A stretch of 64,000 bases of DNA from Antedon mediterranea (taxonomy: Eukaryota > Animalia > Echinodermata): NCBI RefSeq assembly GCF_964355755.1, contig NC_092674.1, forward strand, positions 29,140,001-29,204,000, read 5' to 3'. Numbering within the stretch: the first letter of the stretch is position 1; each line of letters opens with the position of its first letter. This document shows positions 63,948-64,000 of this stretch, piece by piece. Under the pieces are notes generated by a model, which searched no databases, was not told the origin of the DNA, and was given only the letters and a program-made list of their open reading frames with translations. The translations under genes were made by a program, and so were the position numbers.

Positions 63948-64000
63948 AAGCTCTGTTTACACTATCAAACTTATGTGATAAAAAAATGTGATGTGCCCAT
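63948..64000. mobile_element. PIF/Harbinger-like MITE (agctctgtctacac family), cut by the window end
   Basis: aagctctgtttacactatcaaacttatgtgat... Confidence 0.65.

Overview
Eukaryotic, very AT-rich, intron-dense animal DNA. A Deu/Nin-domain SINE and the gene content point to an invertebrate deuterostome, probably an echinoderm (inference). From left to right: two tandem CAP/SCP (GAPR-1/PR-1-like) genes on +, the first 5'-truncated and the second complete, with a signal peptide, three atypical LDL-receptor class A modules and an acidic linker; a complete ~22-coding-exon CEP135 gene on +; a nested-palindrome satellite; and three tandem SLC6 (GlyT-like) transporter genes on -, the third 5'-truncated. 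Introns carry Harbinger-, Kolobok-, pogo- and hAT-like MITEs, tRNA-derived SINEs, CR1/L2 fragments, a decayed Academ transposon and several minisatellites. The most notable observations are: all three SLC6 paralogs replace the Na1-site TM7 Asn with Gly and differ at substrate-pocket residues; the LDLa-CAP fusion looks exon-shuffled; CEP135 intron 3 holds a candidate alternative first exon; and a hairpin-within-hairpin satellite. All exon boundaries and alignments were read by eye and may be off by a few bases.
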